NCBI RefSeq assembly: GCF_018420025.1
Contig: NZ_JAEDAM010000006.1
Location: 1 to 26,684, forward strand
Direction of reading: 5' to 3'
Length of the DNA stretch: 26,684 nt
DNA from: Candidatus Vampirococcus lugosii
Lineage (GTDB): Bacteria > Patescibacteriota > Gracilibacteria > Absconditabacterales > Absconditicoccaceae
Below the pieces are notes generated by a model. The model saw nothing but the letters and a program-made list of their open reading frames with translations. It searched no databases and was not told the DNA's origin. The translations under genes and the position numbers were made by a program. This document shows, in pieces, positions 1 to 9,995 of this stretch (position 1 is its first letter; each line of letters starts with the position of its first letter).

Positions 1-201
1 CTGGTTAGAAGTAGTTGAATATATATTACATAATTGAAAATTTTTCCGAAATAGAAATCAAAGAAATTACCTACAGAATCAACAAAATTCACTTTTTTCT
101 TTAATTTAGGTGCAGAAGATTAATGAAATATATATTGAATTTAATTTTTAAATCAATATAAGTTTTAAATTGATAATTTTTTTAGTTAATTAATCATATT
201 T

Positions 202-1068
202 ATGTTAGCTTTAGAATTAAAGATTTGGTTGATTTTAACTACAATCGTAGTTGTAGTTCCTCTAATTTTTTTGTTGAAAAAATACCTTTTTGTTAGTTTT
301 TGGATAATAAAAAATTTTTATCAAAAAATAGAACATAAAAAGAATTTACAAAAAATAACAAAAGAAATAATATATAAAGAAAAATATATTGATAATGAAA
401 AACAGAAATATGAAGAAATTGAACAAAAAAATTATCAAGAAAAAGATGACATAAAAATATCAAACAAAATAGAAGAAAAAGAAAAAGATAGAAAACAAGA
501 ATTACATGAAATAACACAGAAAAAAATAGAAAAATTAAGATATCAAGCAATGTCATTGAAAGAAAAATGAGAATTGAATAAATATGAACAAAAGTTAATA
601 GAATGATTATCTTATGACAAAGATAATCAAGATATAATATGACTTTTGGCAGACTATTATTTTTCTATATGAAAACATAAAAAAGCTCTTCCTTTATTAA
701 AAAAAATACTTGAAAAAAATAGTCAAGATCATAAAAGTATTTGGCAAGTTTGACAAATATATCTTGAAAGAGAGGATTTTGAAACTGCTAAACTACTGAT
801 AAGTAAAGCAATTTTTCTCAAAAATGATAATCCTAGATATTATGTAAGTATGGCAGAGATAATGTATAACTTGGAAAAAATTAATGAAGCTATAGAATAT
901 ATGGAAAATGCTGTGAAATTAAGACCACAAAATATAAATTATTTATTGGCAACTGCAAGTTTATTTGAAGATATAGGAAGCACAGAAAATGCCAAAAAGT
1001 TTTATTTTAAAGTATTGGAAATAGAACAAACAAATGAAATTGCTAAAGAAAAAATAAATAATATTTAA
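202..1068 (+). CDS. membrane-anchored TPR-repeat protein (288 aa, table 25)
   Basis: The frame runs from ATG 202 through five in-frame TGAs (568, 604, 640, 670, 751) to TAA 1066-1068, which fuses track ORFs 202..570 and 850..1068. It has an N-terminal hydrophobic helix (LKIWLILTTIVVVVPLIFLL) and a K/E-rich linker. TPR-like units follow, e.g. YYFSIGKHKKALPLLKKILEKN and AEIMYNLEKINEAIEYMENAVKLRPQN. Confidence 0.75.
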
Positions 1069-1088
1069 CTAAATAAACTAATAATATA

Positions 1089-1814
1089 ATGACTGTTAAG
1101 AGAAGTAAAATACAAAAAATATGAGTAATAATAATAATATCAATATTTTTGATATCCTTTTTTTGAATGTGATTTATTTATTTACTTGCTACTCCATCTC
1201 AAAATAGACAAGAAATAGAATATGACCCTAGTATGTTTGAAGATAATACAAATTCAAATCTATGAGAAAATGAAGAAAACAATAAAAGTGAAAATGAAGA
1301 AAATAATAAAAGTGAAATTAATGATATAAATATTGAAAATAGTGATTTGACAGAAGAAGAATTGGAAGAATTGGAAGGAATAATTGATTGATTATTTGAT
1401 GATGAAACTGATGAAAATGAAATAAATAATGAAACTGATGATACTGAAATTAATGAAGAAACTGGTGAAAATGAAATAAATAATGAAACTGATGAAAATG
1501 AAATAAATAATGAAACTGATGATACTGAAATTAATGAAGAAACTGATGAAAATGAAATAATTGAAGAAACTGATGAAAATGAAATAATTGAAGAAACTGG
1601 TGAAAATGAAATTAATGATGAAACTGATGAAAATGAAATTAATGATGAAACTGATGAAAATGAAATTAATGATGAAACTGGTGATGCTGAAATTAATGAT
1701 GAAACTGGTGAAAATGAAATTAATGATGAAACTGGTGAAAATGAAATAAATAATGAAACTGATGAAAATGATGAAGAAGATATTAGTGAAATATTAAATA
1801 ATTTATTGGAATAA
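1089..1814 (+). CDS. N-terminally membrane-anchored, extremely acidic tandem-repeat protein (241 aa)
   Basis: The frame is open from ATG 1089 to TAA 1812-1814 once TGA is read as Gly. The N-terminus is MTVKRSKIQKIGVIIIISIFLISFFGMGFIYLL (basic residues then one TM helix). The rest is rich in D, E and N, with about 13 copies of the 9-aa unit ETDENEINN. Confidence 0.7.
1404..1772 (+). repeat. 27-bp in-frame tandem repeat array (about 13.5 units, consensus gaaactgatgaaaatgaaataaataat)
   Basis: Head-to-tail 27-nt units are directly visible. Variants occur at a few codons (ETDDTEINE, ETGENEIND, ETDENEIIE). There are no spacers and the array is entirely coding. Confidence 0.9.
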
Positions 1815-1973
1815 ATATTAATTTTGATAATAATTAAAGTATGTATTAAAACAAAAAACTATAAAAAAGTCTTGCAAAATAAAAAAAATATATTATAATG
1901 TAATTATGTCTATTATATAATAATATATAAAGACATTATGTTTTATTTTTTATTCTAATAAACAAAGAAAATT

Positions 1974-2597
1974 ATGTCTAACAATAAATGATTTACATTG
2001 GTAGAAATGTTGATTGTAGTAGTAATTATTGGTATTTTATCAGCTGCTTTAATTCCTAGACTTACAGGTGCTCAAGGTCAAGCTAGAGATGCAGCTAGGA
2101 CTTCTAATCTGTGACAAATTGGTACTGCATTATCAATTTATCATTCTGATAGGTCAATATATCCTATTGCTTCATGATCAACAGATGAAATAATAGGTGA
2201 TATTGTTCCTAAATATATGGATAGTATACCTGGTGATCCACAATCAGAAAGAAATAGTGATGCATTTTTGAATGGTATTTCATGAACTTGATGATTATAT
2301 ACTTATACATCTATGAAGAATAAAGGTGTTTCAAATGCTTGATATGTTCTTTGAGCAAATATGGAAACTGATTGAACTGGTCCTAATTGGCATATTACTG
2401 ATACTTATGATAATTCTAATTTGAATGCAGAGGCTACTGCTAGTGGTATAAATGCTAGTGCTTCTGAGTCACAGCGAATTATGGACTCTCTTTGTGACGA
2501 AGTTCTTTTTGAAGAAGGTGGAACAGATGCTCATGTATCAAAATGAAAATGCATAGAGGATAATCAAAATGATATATATTATCTTATGGTTAAATAA
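1974..2597 (+). CDS. type IV pilin / pseudopilin with prepilin-type N-terminal cleavage-methylation domain (207 aa)
   Basis: ATG 1974 to TAA 2595-2597. The N-terminus is MSNNK-G-FTLVEMLIVVVIIGILSAALIPRL, the class III signal (G|FTLxE plus hydrophobic helix), and the cleavage-site Gly is encoded by TGA 1989-1991. PulG-like body motifs are present (SIPGDPQ, YVLGANME), along with a C-terminal Cys pair (DSLC...GKC). Confidence 0.9.
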
Positions 2598-2614
2598 TAT
2601 TACAAGTCAAATAT

Positions 2615-2648
2615 AAAAAAAACAGAAACTTAAAGTTTCTGTTTTTTT
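2615..2648. terminator. bidirectional Rho-independent terminator between the convergent pilin and PPTase genes
   Basis: The sequence is an A-run, acagaaac-ttaaa-gtttctgt, then a T7 run. The 8-10 bp stem is flanked by A8 on one side and T7 on the other, so it can terminate both strands. Confidence 0.75.
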
Positions 2649-2651
2649 ATT

Positions 2652-3242
2652 TTAAAATGAGATAGATAAACAAAATCTGTTATTTATAGAATTTAATATT
2701 TTGTATATTTTGTTATTAAATTCTAATTTAATTAAGTAATTGAAATTTATATTAGATATAGATTTTTTTTCTTTATAAATGTTTACTAATTTAATTTTTT
2801 GCATATCATCTAATATTAAAGATAATAATTTTATTAAAGACTCTTTAGCTGTCCAAATTCTATAAAAATTATAAATATTTATTTCTCATATTAAATCCCA
2901 TTCTTTTTTATCAAAAATTGTAAATATACTTTCATCTCTATTTTTGATTATTTCCAAATCTAATCATAATGTAAATTTATTAACTCAAATAAATACATAT
3001 TTTTCTTTATGTGATATACATCGATATATTGATTTGTTATATATAGCTTTTCAATTAGTATCTGTAAGTGGTAAATATTTTTTAATTCAATATTTATCTT
3101 GTATTATTTTTGATATAAAGTATCTTGCTACTATACTTTGTTCAAAAGTATTTTTATTTTTTAAATTATTTATATAAAATGATGGAAAATAATTTAAAGC
3201 TTTGTTTATATATTTTTCAGAATTACTTAAAATTAAATACAT
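2652..3242 (-). CDS. 4'-phosphopantetheinyl transferase, Sfp/EntD-type (196 aa)
   Basis: I translated the minus strand codon by codon from ATG 3242-3240 to TAA 2654-2652. Family motifs are present: CISHKEKYVFIGV...LGLDLEII (the S-H-x...G-x-D-x-E block) and FYRIWTAKESLIKL (the W-x-x-KE-A/S-x-x-K block). Six in-frame TGAs read as Gly. Confidence 0.7.
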
Positions 3243-3245
3243 TTA

Positions 3246-4565
3246 TTAATAATCATTAGCTTTCATATAAATTTCTTTAGCTTTTTTTGAATTTACAAAA
3301 TGGTCAACAATAGGTTTTGCATATCATAAATTATATTTTAAAGGATTATGAATTTGCTCAGCTTTATATTCTCTCAATTCTGGAATATATTTTTTTATAT
3401 ATTCACAATTAGGATCAAATCTTTGAGATTGCAACATAGGATTAAAAATTCTTAAAGGTTTAGGGTCAGCTCCTACAGAACTTGCCCATTGCCAATTTCA
3501 TATATTTACATTTCTATCATAATCTATCAAATATTTTTCAAAATATTTTTCTCAATATCTTCGGTCTATCAATAAATCTTTGCTAAGAAAACTTGCCACT
3601 ACCATTCTTACTCTATTATGTATCCAATTTTCTTCTTTTAATTGTCTCATTCATGCATCTACCATAGGATAACCAGTTTTTCATTCTTGCCAAGCATCAA
3701 ATAAAGTTTGATCATTTTCCCAAGATATTCATCTTCTTTTTTCCAAAAATTCCAAATCTAATGTCCAAGGAAAATTAATTGCAATATGATTCCAAAATTC
3801 TCTCCAAGCTATTTCTGATAAATATACATCATTTTCATAATTAGATTTTATAATTTTATTATAAATTTGTCTTACAGAAATTAATCAAAATCTTGTATAA
3901 GGCGAAAGTTTAGAAGTTCAATTTATATAAGGTAAATTCCTAGTATTTTCATAATTTCAAAAATCAAAATTATTTAATATATCTTCATATCAATTTATAT
4001 TCCAATATTTATTTTCTCAAGAATTTATTTTTTTAAATTGCTTTTGTATATTTTCAAAATATAAATTAGGAGAATCAATTTTATTTATTTCCAAAAATCA
4101 ATCAAAATTTATAAATTGTTTCCATTGTTTATAAAAAGGAGTAAAAACTTTTCTTATAGGCACATCTTCAGGATTAACTAATAAAAAATCATTAAATGAA
4201 TTAAAATCAATATTAATATTATTTTCAATAAATTTATCTCTTTGTTTTCAATAACTTCAATAAGATTTATTTGTAAATATAGCTTGTACTTGATATTCTT
4301 TGACAAGCTGAGTCAAAATTTGTTTAGGATCGCCAATTTTAATTATTAAATAAGATCAAATATTTTCCAAATCTTTTGATAATTTATTTAATGCATCTTT
4401 CAAAAATCATAATCTTTTATCATTAGATAGAAATCTAGATAAAATATTAGTATCAAAAATAAATATAGGTATTATTTGTTTAGAATTTTTTATTGCATTA
4501 AAAAGTCAAGTATTATCAAATATTCTCAAATCTTGTCTAAATCGAAATATTGATTTTTTGTACAT
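3246..4565 (-). CDS. phr: deoxyribodipyrimidine photolyase (class I CPD photolyase/cryptochrome family, 439 aa)
   Basis: Minus-strand ATG 4565-4563 to TAA 3248-3246 (1320 nt). The N-terminus is [16 protein letters not shown]. The FAD-binding C-terminal half carries hallmark motifs: [58 protein letters not shown] and RIFNP. Trp residues are encoded by TGG and Gly residues by TGA. Confidence 0.9.
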
Positions 4566-4602
4566 TAAATTTTATTTATATAATTTATTTAAATAGTATA
4601 TT

Positions 4603-7227
4603 TTAATTGGCTCTCTTGGCTCTAACTAAACTAACAGTTAATTTTTCATCATATTTTTTTGAATTTTTTGCTTTGTGTATTATGTCTTCAAGATTTACTT
4701 TAGTTATTTTTTTTGTATTAAGTGATTTTCATTTATATCATTCATAAGCTATAATATCATATTTTTTTAAATCTAAACTATCTTTAAGATAAATATCAAT
4801 CTGACCTGTAATATCTTGTATTGTTACAAATGTTCATTTTTTTCTTATTTTTCTCAATTCTTTTATAAATCAAAACATTTTTACTTGTCCAAAATCTTCT
4901 ACATCTTTAAACATAGAGATAAAACTAAAATTACTTTTTATATATTGATAAAGTCAATCCAATAAATTTCAAGATACAAAAGTTTTGAAAGATTCTTCTT
5001 CATAATTTAATTTATCAAATTTGGTATCAGTTTCTTTTTCTTTTTTTAATTTTAATTCACTAACTAAATCTTGAAAATCAAATAAACCTCAAGAATTATT
5101 TGATTCGGCAGAATTTTTACTCCATTCAATCATATTTTCAATATTTGCCAAAAGTGTATTACGACTAGCAAAATCATCCAAAGCTCAAGATTTACTCAAT
5201 GATTCCAATGATTTTTTATTTATTATAGATCTACATCTTTTGAGAAAATCTTCCAAATTTTTATATTTTCATCATTTTTCTCTTTCATCTACAATAATTC
5301 TTGCCACTTCACTACCAACTCATCTTATAGATAAAAATCAAAGATTTACAGTTCAATCTATAGCTCATATATGTACAAAACTTTCATTGATATTTGGAAC
5401 ACTTACTACAATTCATTTTAAACTTATTTCATCTATAAATTTTGCTAATTTCTCTGTATCTTCTTCTACGGATCTAAGTAAAGCAGCATGAAATTCTACA
5501 TTATAATAAGTTTTTAAATAAGCAGTTTGATAAGCAATAATTGCATAACATGCAGCATGAGATTTATTAAAAGAATAATTTGCAGCTGGTTCAATCATTT
5601 TTTCATAAACATATATACAAGTTTCAGGTTTGTATCACAAATCTCATCATTTTTCAATAAATTTTTTCTTTAATTCTTCTATTACTTCTTTTATTTTTTT
5701 ACCAACTCATCTACGGAGCATATCAGCTTCAGCTAATGAAAATCAAGCTACTGCTTGTACTATTCTCATCAATTGTTCTTGATATACTGGTATTCAATAT
5801 GTAATTTCCATAAATCATTTTAGATCTTTTGTTAATTTTTCAGCTTGATTTTTTGCTTCTTCTTCTCAATAATTTTGTTTAATTTCATCATAAATTTCAT
5901 TTGGCAAATATTGAATCAATTCATCTCATTGTTTCCTTGCTATATATGAAGGTATGAACTCCATAGGTCATGGACGATATAAACTTACCATAGCTATTAT
6001 ATCATTTATATCTGTTGGTTTAAGTTTTTTTAACCAGGCTCTCATTCAATCAGATTCAAATTGAAAAACTCAAGATGTATTTCATTCTTGAAATGTTTTT
6101 TTGAAAGTATATTCATCATTTATTGGTGGATAAAATTCCATTGTTTCAAAATATCTTTGAAAAATATCATCTAATTTTTTTCAATCTTTTTCTTTTTTTG
6201 CTTTAATAATTTTGATAGTATTTTTAATAATTGATAAATTTCTTAATCATAAAAAATCCATTTTCAAAAGTCAAATATCTTCCAAAAAATGTCAATCATA
6301 TTGTGTAATTATTCTACTTTTATCTCTTTGATTTTTGGAACCTGCTAGAGGAGGATATTGAATAGGAGTATATGTACTTACTTTTTGGGGAGAGATTATT
6401 ACACCACATGCATGTACTCAAATTTGTCTAGTAGTTCATTCAAGTTTAATAGCTAATTCAGTAATTTTTTTAATTTGATTATCTGTTTCTACAAGATTTT
6501 TAAATTCTTCATTTTCATCTATAGATTTTTGAATAGTTTTTTCTGTAATTAAATTTGATATTTTATTTGCTTGTACAAAAGATATTCAAAAAGATCTTGC
6601 TACATCTTTGAATGCCGCTTTTGCTGCCATTGTCATATATGTTCAAATAATAGCTACATTTTCATTTCAATATTTTTGTTTTACATATTCTACAACTTTT
6701 TCTCTTTTTATATCTTCAAAATCTGTATCTATATCTGGCATAGAAATTCTTGCTGGATTAAGAAATCTTTCAAAAATTAAGTCATATTCTAATGGATCTA
6801 TATCTGTAATTCATACCAAAAATGCAAGTAAAGAACCTGCTGCACTTCATCTACCTGGTCATACAGAAATACTATTTCTTCTTGCTCGATTTATATATTC
6901 TCATACTATCAAAAAATATGTATTATATCACATTTCTTTGATAACTTTAAATTCATATTCCAAACGATTTATATAATCTTTAATATTTGAAACTCAAATT
7001 TTTTTATCTCAATTTTCTTCCAAAAATTTTTTTTTGAAATTTGTATATGTTTGTATAGTACTTTCTTTCAGTTCTTCAGGTGTAATTTTGGTAAGTTCTT
7101 TATTTATTTCTCATTTATCAGTAATTTTTACTAGATTAATTATAGTATTTTGATCTAAATTAAGTTCATATTTTCTATTTAATCATTTATATGAAATATA
7201 TCTAAGCTCAAATTCAAAAATGTCCAT
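4603..7227 (-). CDS. dnaE: DNA polymerase III alpha subunit, catalytic core without the N-terminal PHP domain (874 aa)
   Basis: Minus-strand ATG 7227-7225 has an in-frame TAA immediately upstream. The stop is TAA 4605-4603. Motifs: [55 protein letters not shown] (palm, catalytic Asp residues), [56 protein letters not shown]. An OB-fold-like C-terminus is also present. GPGRGS begins at about residue 123, versus about 360 in E. coli DnaE. Confidence 0.9.
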
Positions 7228-7546
7228 TTATTAAAAAATAATATATTAAAATATAATATATTACTTTTAATTAAACTAATAAAAAAATCAAGTTTATAAA
7301 CATTTTTTTATAATTTATAATAAAATTAGAATTATATAATTTTTTGAATATATTCTATTTTTTGAAAAAATTTAAAAAAAATATATAGTCCCAGTCAAAT
7401 AAATATAAAATTACAATTAAGTCTAAAATATTAAAAATTATAAAATTAATAGAAAGCAAAAATACTAAATAAAAAAAGTTAAAAAAAAATTGTAAAATAT
7501 ACTATATATTATTAATATAATAAATACTTTTACAAATTTCAGATTA

Positions 7547-7840
7547 TTATTTAACTATAATATCTTTTATATAATTATTTATTCAATATTTAATAAAATT
7601 ATCATTAATATTTTTGATTATCTTATTTTTATTCAAAAAAACTTCAAAAGATAAATTTTTTGGATATAGACTTATAAATAATATATTATTTTTTATTTTT
7701 CAATTTATTTTTATATTTGTACACTGCAATTTATTTTGCAAAAAACTTTTAATACTACTATTACACAAATATCACTCGGTTAAATTTGATATTTTTTTTT
7801 GGACTAGTCTGCTTTGTATTTTTTTCTGTATATCAATCAT
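7547..7840 (-). CDS. hypothetical small protein (97 aa)
   Basis: The table-25 ORF runs from ATG 7840-7838 to TAA 7549-7547 and starts 11 nt after the upstream gene's stop. Its K/N/I-rich composition resembles the neighbouring genes, while the opposite-strand track ORF 7614..7844 is an F/I/L-rich shadow. It bears a faint resemblance to DUF721/DciA-type proteins (NNILFISLYPKNLSFEVFLNKNKIIKNIN), which I could not verify. Confidence 0.4.
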
Positions 7841-7850
7841 ATAATTAAAT

Positions 7851-8348
7851 TTATTTATCAAATAATGATTTTATTTTTTCTTGATCATCATCTTTATTAT
7901 TAGATAAATTTGATTTTATATTTATCATTCTATTTTTTTTCTTATTTGTAGAAAGATCTATTGCTAACACTATATTTCGTATCAATCAAAATATTAATAA
8001 CAATCACGATATATAATATCAACTAGAAAAACCAACATAAGCATCATATAAGCCAATCATAAGTACTGCATCAGCTATACTAATATAAGAAACAATCAAA
8101 ATTAATAATATTCAAAAATTAACTAATGCATCATTTTCTTTAAATCACAGAAGAATATATATAATTTTTTTAAATCTAAAACTAATATTCCAAAATATTA
8201 AAAATACAACACAAAAAATTATAAATATACTAGTACTTATAGAATATATATCAAATAATCTAAAAACTTCTTTATCCACTCATCACCAATTTATATGATA
8301 AACAGGAAATATTAATATACTTAATATCAACAAAACAATATATATCAT
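7851..8348 (-). CDS. hypothetical integral membrane protein (165 aa, about 4 TM helices)
   Basis: Minus-strand ATG 8348-8346 to TAA 7853-7851 is preceded by an SD-like aaaggtga. It has four hydrophobic segments (IYIVLLILSILIFPV, ISTSIFIIFCVVFLIF, FGILLILIVSYISIADAVLMIGL, GLLLIFGLIRNIVLAI) and a polar K/N/D tail. Confidence 0.6.
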
Positions 8349-8420
8349 AAATCACCTTTCTATATTAGTATACCTTTGCCATTTGGATGCTGCAGTTTTA
8401 GGGAACTTGTTAATCATATT

Positions 8421-8867
8421 TTACATATTTTTAATAAAGTCTAATACTTTTTTTCCAGAACCAGTAGCTTTAATATTTATATAACTTTTAATTATATCTC
8501 ATTTTGAATTTACAAGAAAAACTGATCTCATAGTTCACATATATTTTTTTCAAAAAATACTTTTTTCTCAATAAGCTCAATACTTTTTATGAAGTTCAAA
8601 ATCTTTATCTGACAACAATGGAAAATTTATTCATTTATTTTTAATAAATTTTTTATGTGATTGTTCATCATCTTTACTAACTCATATTACTCACACATTT
8701 AATTCTTCAAAATCATTTATCAATTCAGTAAATTCTTTTGCTTGTATAGAACATCAAGGTGTATTATCTTTTGGATAAAAATATATCACATTAAAATTTT
8801 TTGAAGATAAAACATTCTCCAAAGTATCATTTTTAACTTCTAAATCAGGAAAAACTATATTATACAT
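8421..8867 (-). CDS. bcp: thioredoxin-dependent peroxiredoxin Bcp (148 aa)
   Basis: Minus-strand ATG 8867-8865 to TAA 8423-8421. The active-site block is VIYFYPKDNTPGCSIQA (the Gly of TPGC is TGA, plus-strand tca 8754-8756). Further family blocks are VIGVSKDD..HKKF, NFPLLSD and RSVFLVN..G.I. Confidence 0.85.
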
Positions 8868-8888
8868 TTAAATTTCAATTTAACTTAT

Positions 8889-9257
8889 TTAAAGTCTAGT
8901 ATTACTTCTAGTATCATAATCAAAATTATCAGACTCATCTTTTCACATTATATTTCTAATCAACTCTCATGATTTATTAAATATATTTTGTGCTGTATAA
9001 ACTTCATATCATGGAATTTTAAGTCTTTCAAATACAATTGGAAACACAAACAACAACAAAAAAGACAAAATAATTCAAAGTATCATATACCTTATATTAT
9101 TCCATGCCTTTTTAATTTTTTCTGCATCTCATTTTGAAAATATAAATTGAAAAATTGAAACTAAAAATGCATAAACTGCTCAAGCAAACAGAATAATTAC
9201 AACTATTGCCATTATTACAAGTATAAAGTTTTCAATTGTTCAAGATGCATTATACAT
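8889..9257 (-). CDS. small two-TM membrane protein, possibly a TrbC/VirB2-like (type IV secretion-type) pilin (122 aa)
   Basis: Minus-strand ATG 9257-9255 to TAA 8891-8889. Two hydrophobic helices flank a KGDAEKIKKAWNNI loop (FILVIMAIVVIILFAGAVYAFLVSIFQFIF-SKGDAEKIKKAWNNI-RYMILGIILSFLLLFVFPIVF). That pattern recalls the CPR T4SS-pilin family. The family assignment is from memory only. Confidence 0.55.
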
Positions 9258-9283
9258 CTCAGATTATATTACCTTATAAAAAA

Positions 9284-9580
9284 CTATTTATCTTTATTTT
9301 TTACACTTCTATTTTTTTCAGTCTCATTATAAAATCACTTAAAAAAATCATCTCAAGTATTTTTAAATAATATTTTAGCTACTCTCTCTGACGGTTTAGC
9401 TCATTTTTCTATATATTTTCTAACTTCTTCAGAATTTATATCTGAAGTATGATTCAAAGGATCATACCAACCAAAAACAGATTTAAAACCTGTTTGTGCA
9501 GGTCTAGAATGCTCAGTAAGAACTACTTTAAAAAATGGATTCTTTTTTCTTCAAGCTCTAGCTAATCTTATCTTTAACAT
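9284..9580 (-). CDS. rpsP: 30S ribosomal protein S16 (98 aa)
   Basis: Minus-strand ATG 9580-9578 to TAG 9286-9284. The sequence MLKIRLARAGRKKNPFFKVVLTEHSRPAQTGFKSVFGWYDP is the canonical S16 N-terminus. Confidence 0.9.
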
Positions 9581-9628
9581 AATTTATTTTATATATTTTA
9601 TATTATTAAAAAATTAATATCAAAAAAC

Positions 9629-9802
9629 TTATTTAAGTTTTTCTCTACTTTTATGAATTGTATGTTTTCTCAAAGATGGACAATATTTTTTTAATTCAAT
9701 TTTCTTACCAGTATTTATTTTATTTATTTGAGTAACATAATTTTGTGCACCTGTTTCTGTACAAATCAAACCAACTAATATTCTAGATCATTTTTTTGCC
9801 AT
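9629..9802 (-). CDS. rpmG: 50S ribosomal protein L33 (57 aa)
   Basis: Minus-strand ATG 9802-9800 to TAA 9631-9629. The sequence [52 protein letters not shown] matches the L33 pattern (KYCP..RKHT.HKE.K). Confidence 0.9.
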
Positions 9803-9832
9803 TCAATTAAAATAATTTATCATATAAAACAA

Positions 9833-9892
9833 TTTAAACTAAAGATAATAAAACAAGCATATATTTCCTTAACTTATTATCTTTAGTTTAAA
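9833..9892 (-). terminator. 17-bp perfect inverted repeat between tRNA-Met and rpmG (candidate terminator or processing hairpin)
   Basis: tttaaactaaagataat (9833-9849) and attatctttagtttaaa (9876-9892) are exact reverse complements with a 26-nt loop. In minus-strand sense the hairpin is followed by TTGTTTTAT. Confidence 0.4.
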
Positions 9893-9908
9893 TCTTAAAA
9901 AATCTAAA

Positions 9909-9982
9909 TGACACTAGGTGGACTTGAACCACCGACCTGTACCTTATGAGAGTACCGCTCTAACCAACTGAGCTATAGTGCC
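9909..9982 (-). tRNA. tRNA with CAU anticodon (elongator Met, or Ile2 if lysidine-modified), 74 nt, no encoded CCA
   Basis: The reverse complement is GGCACTA-TA-GCTC-AGTTGGTTA-GAGC-G-GTACT-CTCATAA-GGTAC-AGGTC-GGTGG-TTCAAGT-CCACC-TAGTGTC-A, a complete cloverleaf. It lacks the three G-C anticodon-stem pairs of an initiator. Confidence 0.9.
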
Positions 9983-9995
9983 ACTTAATATAATA

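Noticed and set aside
1-92. Possible gene ends at the left edge. One is a plus-frame tail ending at TAA 31-33. The other is a minus-strand ORF starting at GTG 92-90 (VNFVDSVGNFFDFYFGKIFNYVIYIQLLLT...) and leaving the window.
   Set aside because: Each offers only 10-30 codons, with no recognisable motif and no ATG start. That is insufficient evidence for either.
1404-1772. The regular 27-bp repeat array as a possible CRISPR or other non-coding tandem repeat.
   Set aside because: The units are contiguous with no spacers, are a multiple of three, and sit in frame inside an ORF with a TM anchor. No cas genes are present.
1904-1980. The 10-nt string attatgtcta, occurring at 1904-1913 inside an imperfect palindrome (atgtct...agacat) and again at 1971-1980 across the pilin start codon. 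It was considered as a possible operator or translational control element.
   Set aside because: It is short and AT-rich, so chance recurrence is plausible in this composition. There is no further support.
7228-7546. The missing dnaE PHP domain, searched for in the region immediately upstream of the dnaE start.
   Set aside because: An in-frame TAA abuts the ATG, and all three minus-strand frames are densely interrupted by TAA/TAG (many tta/cta on the plus strand). The region is non-coding promoter-like DNA.
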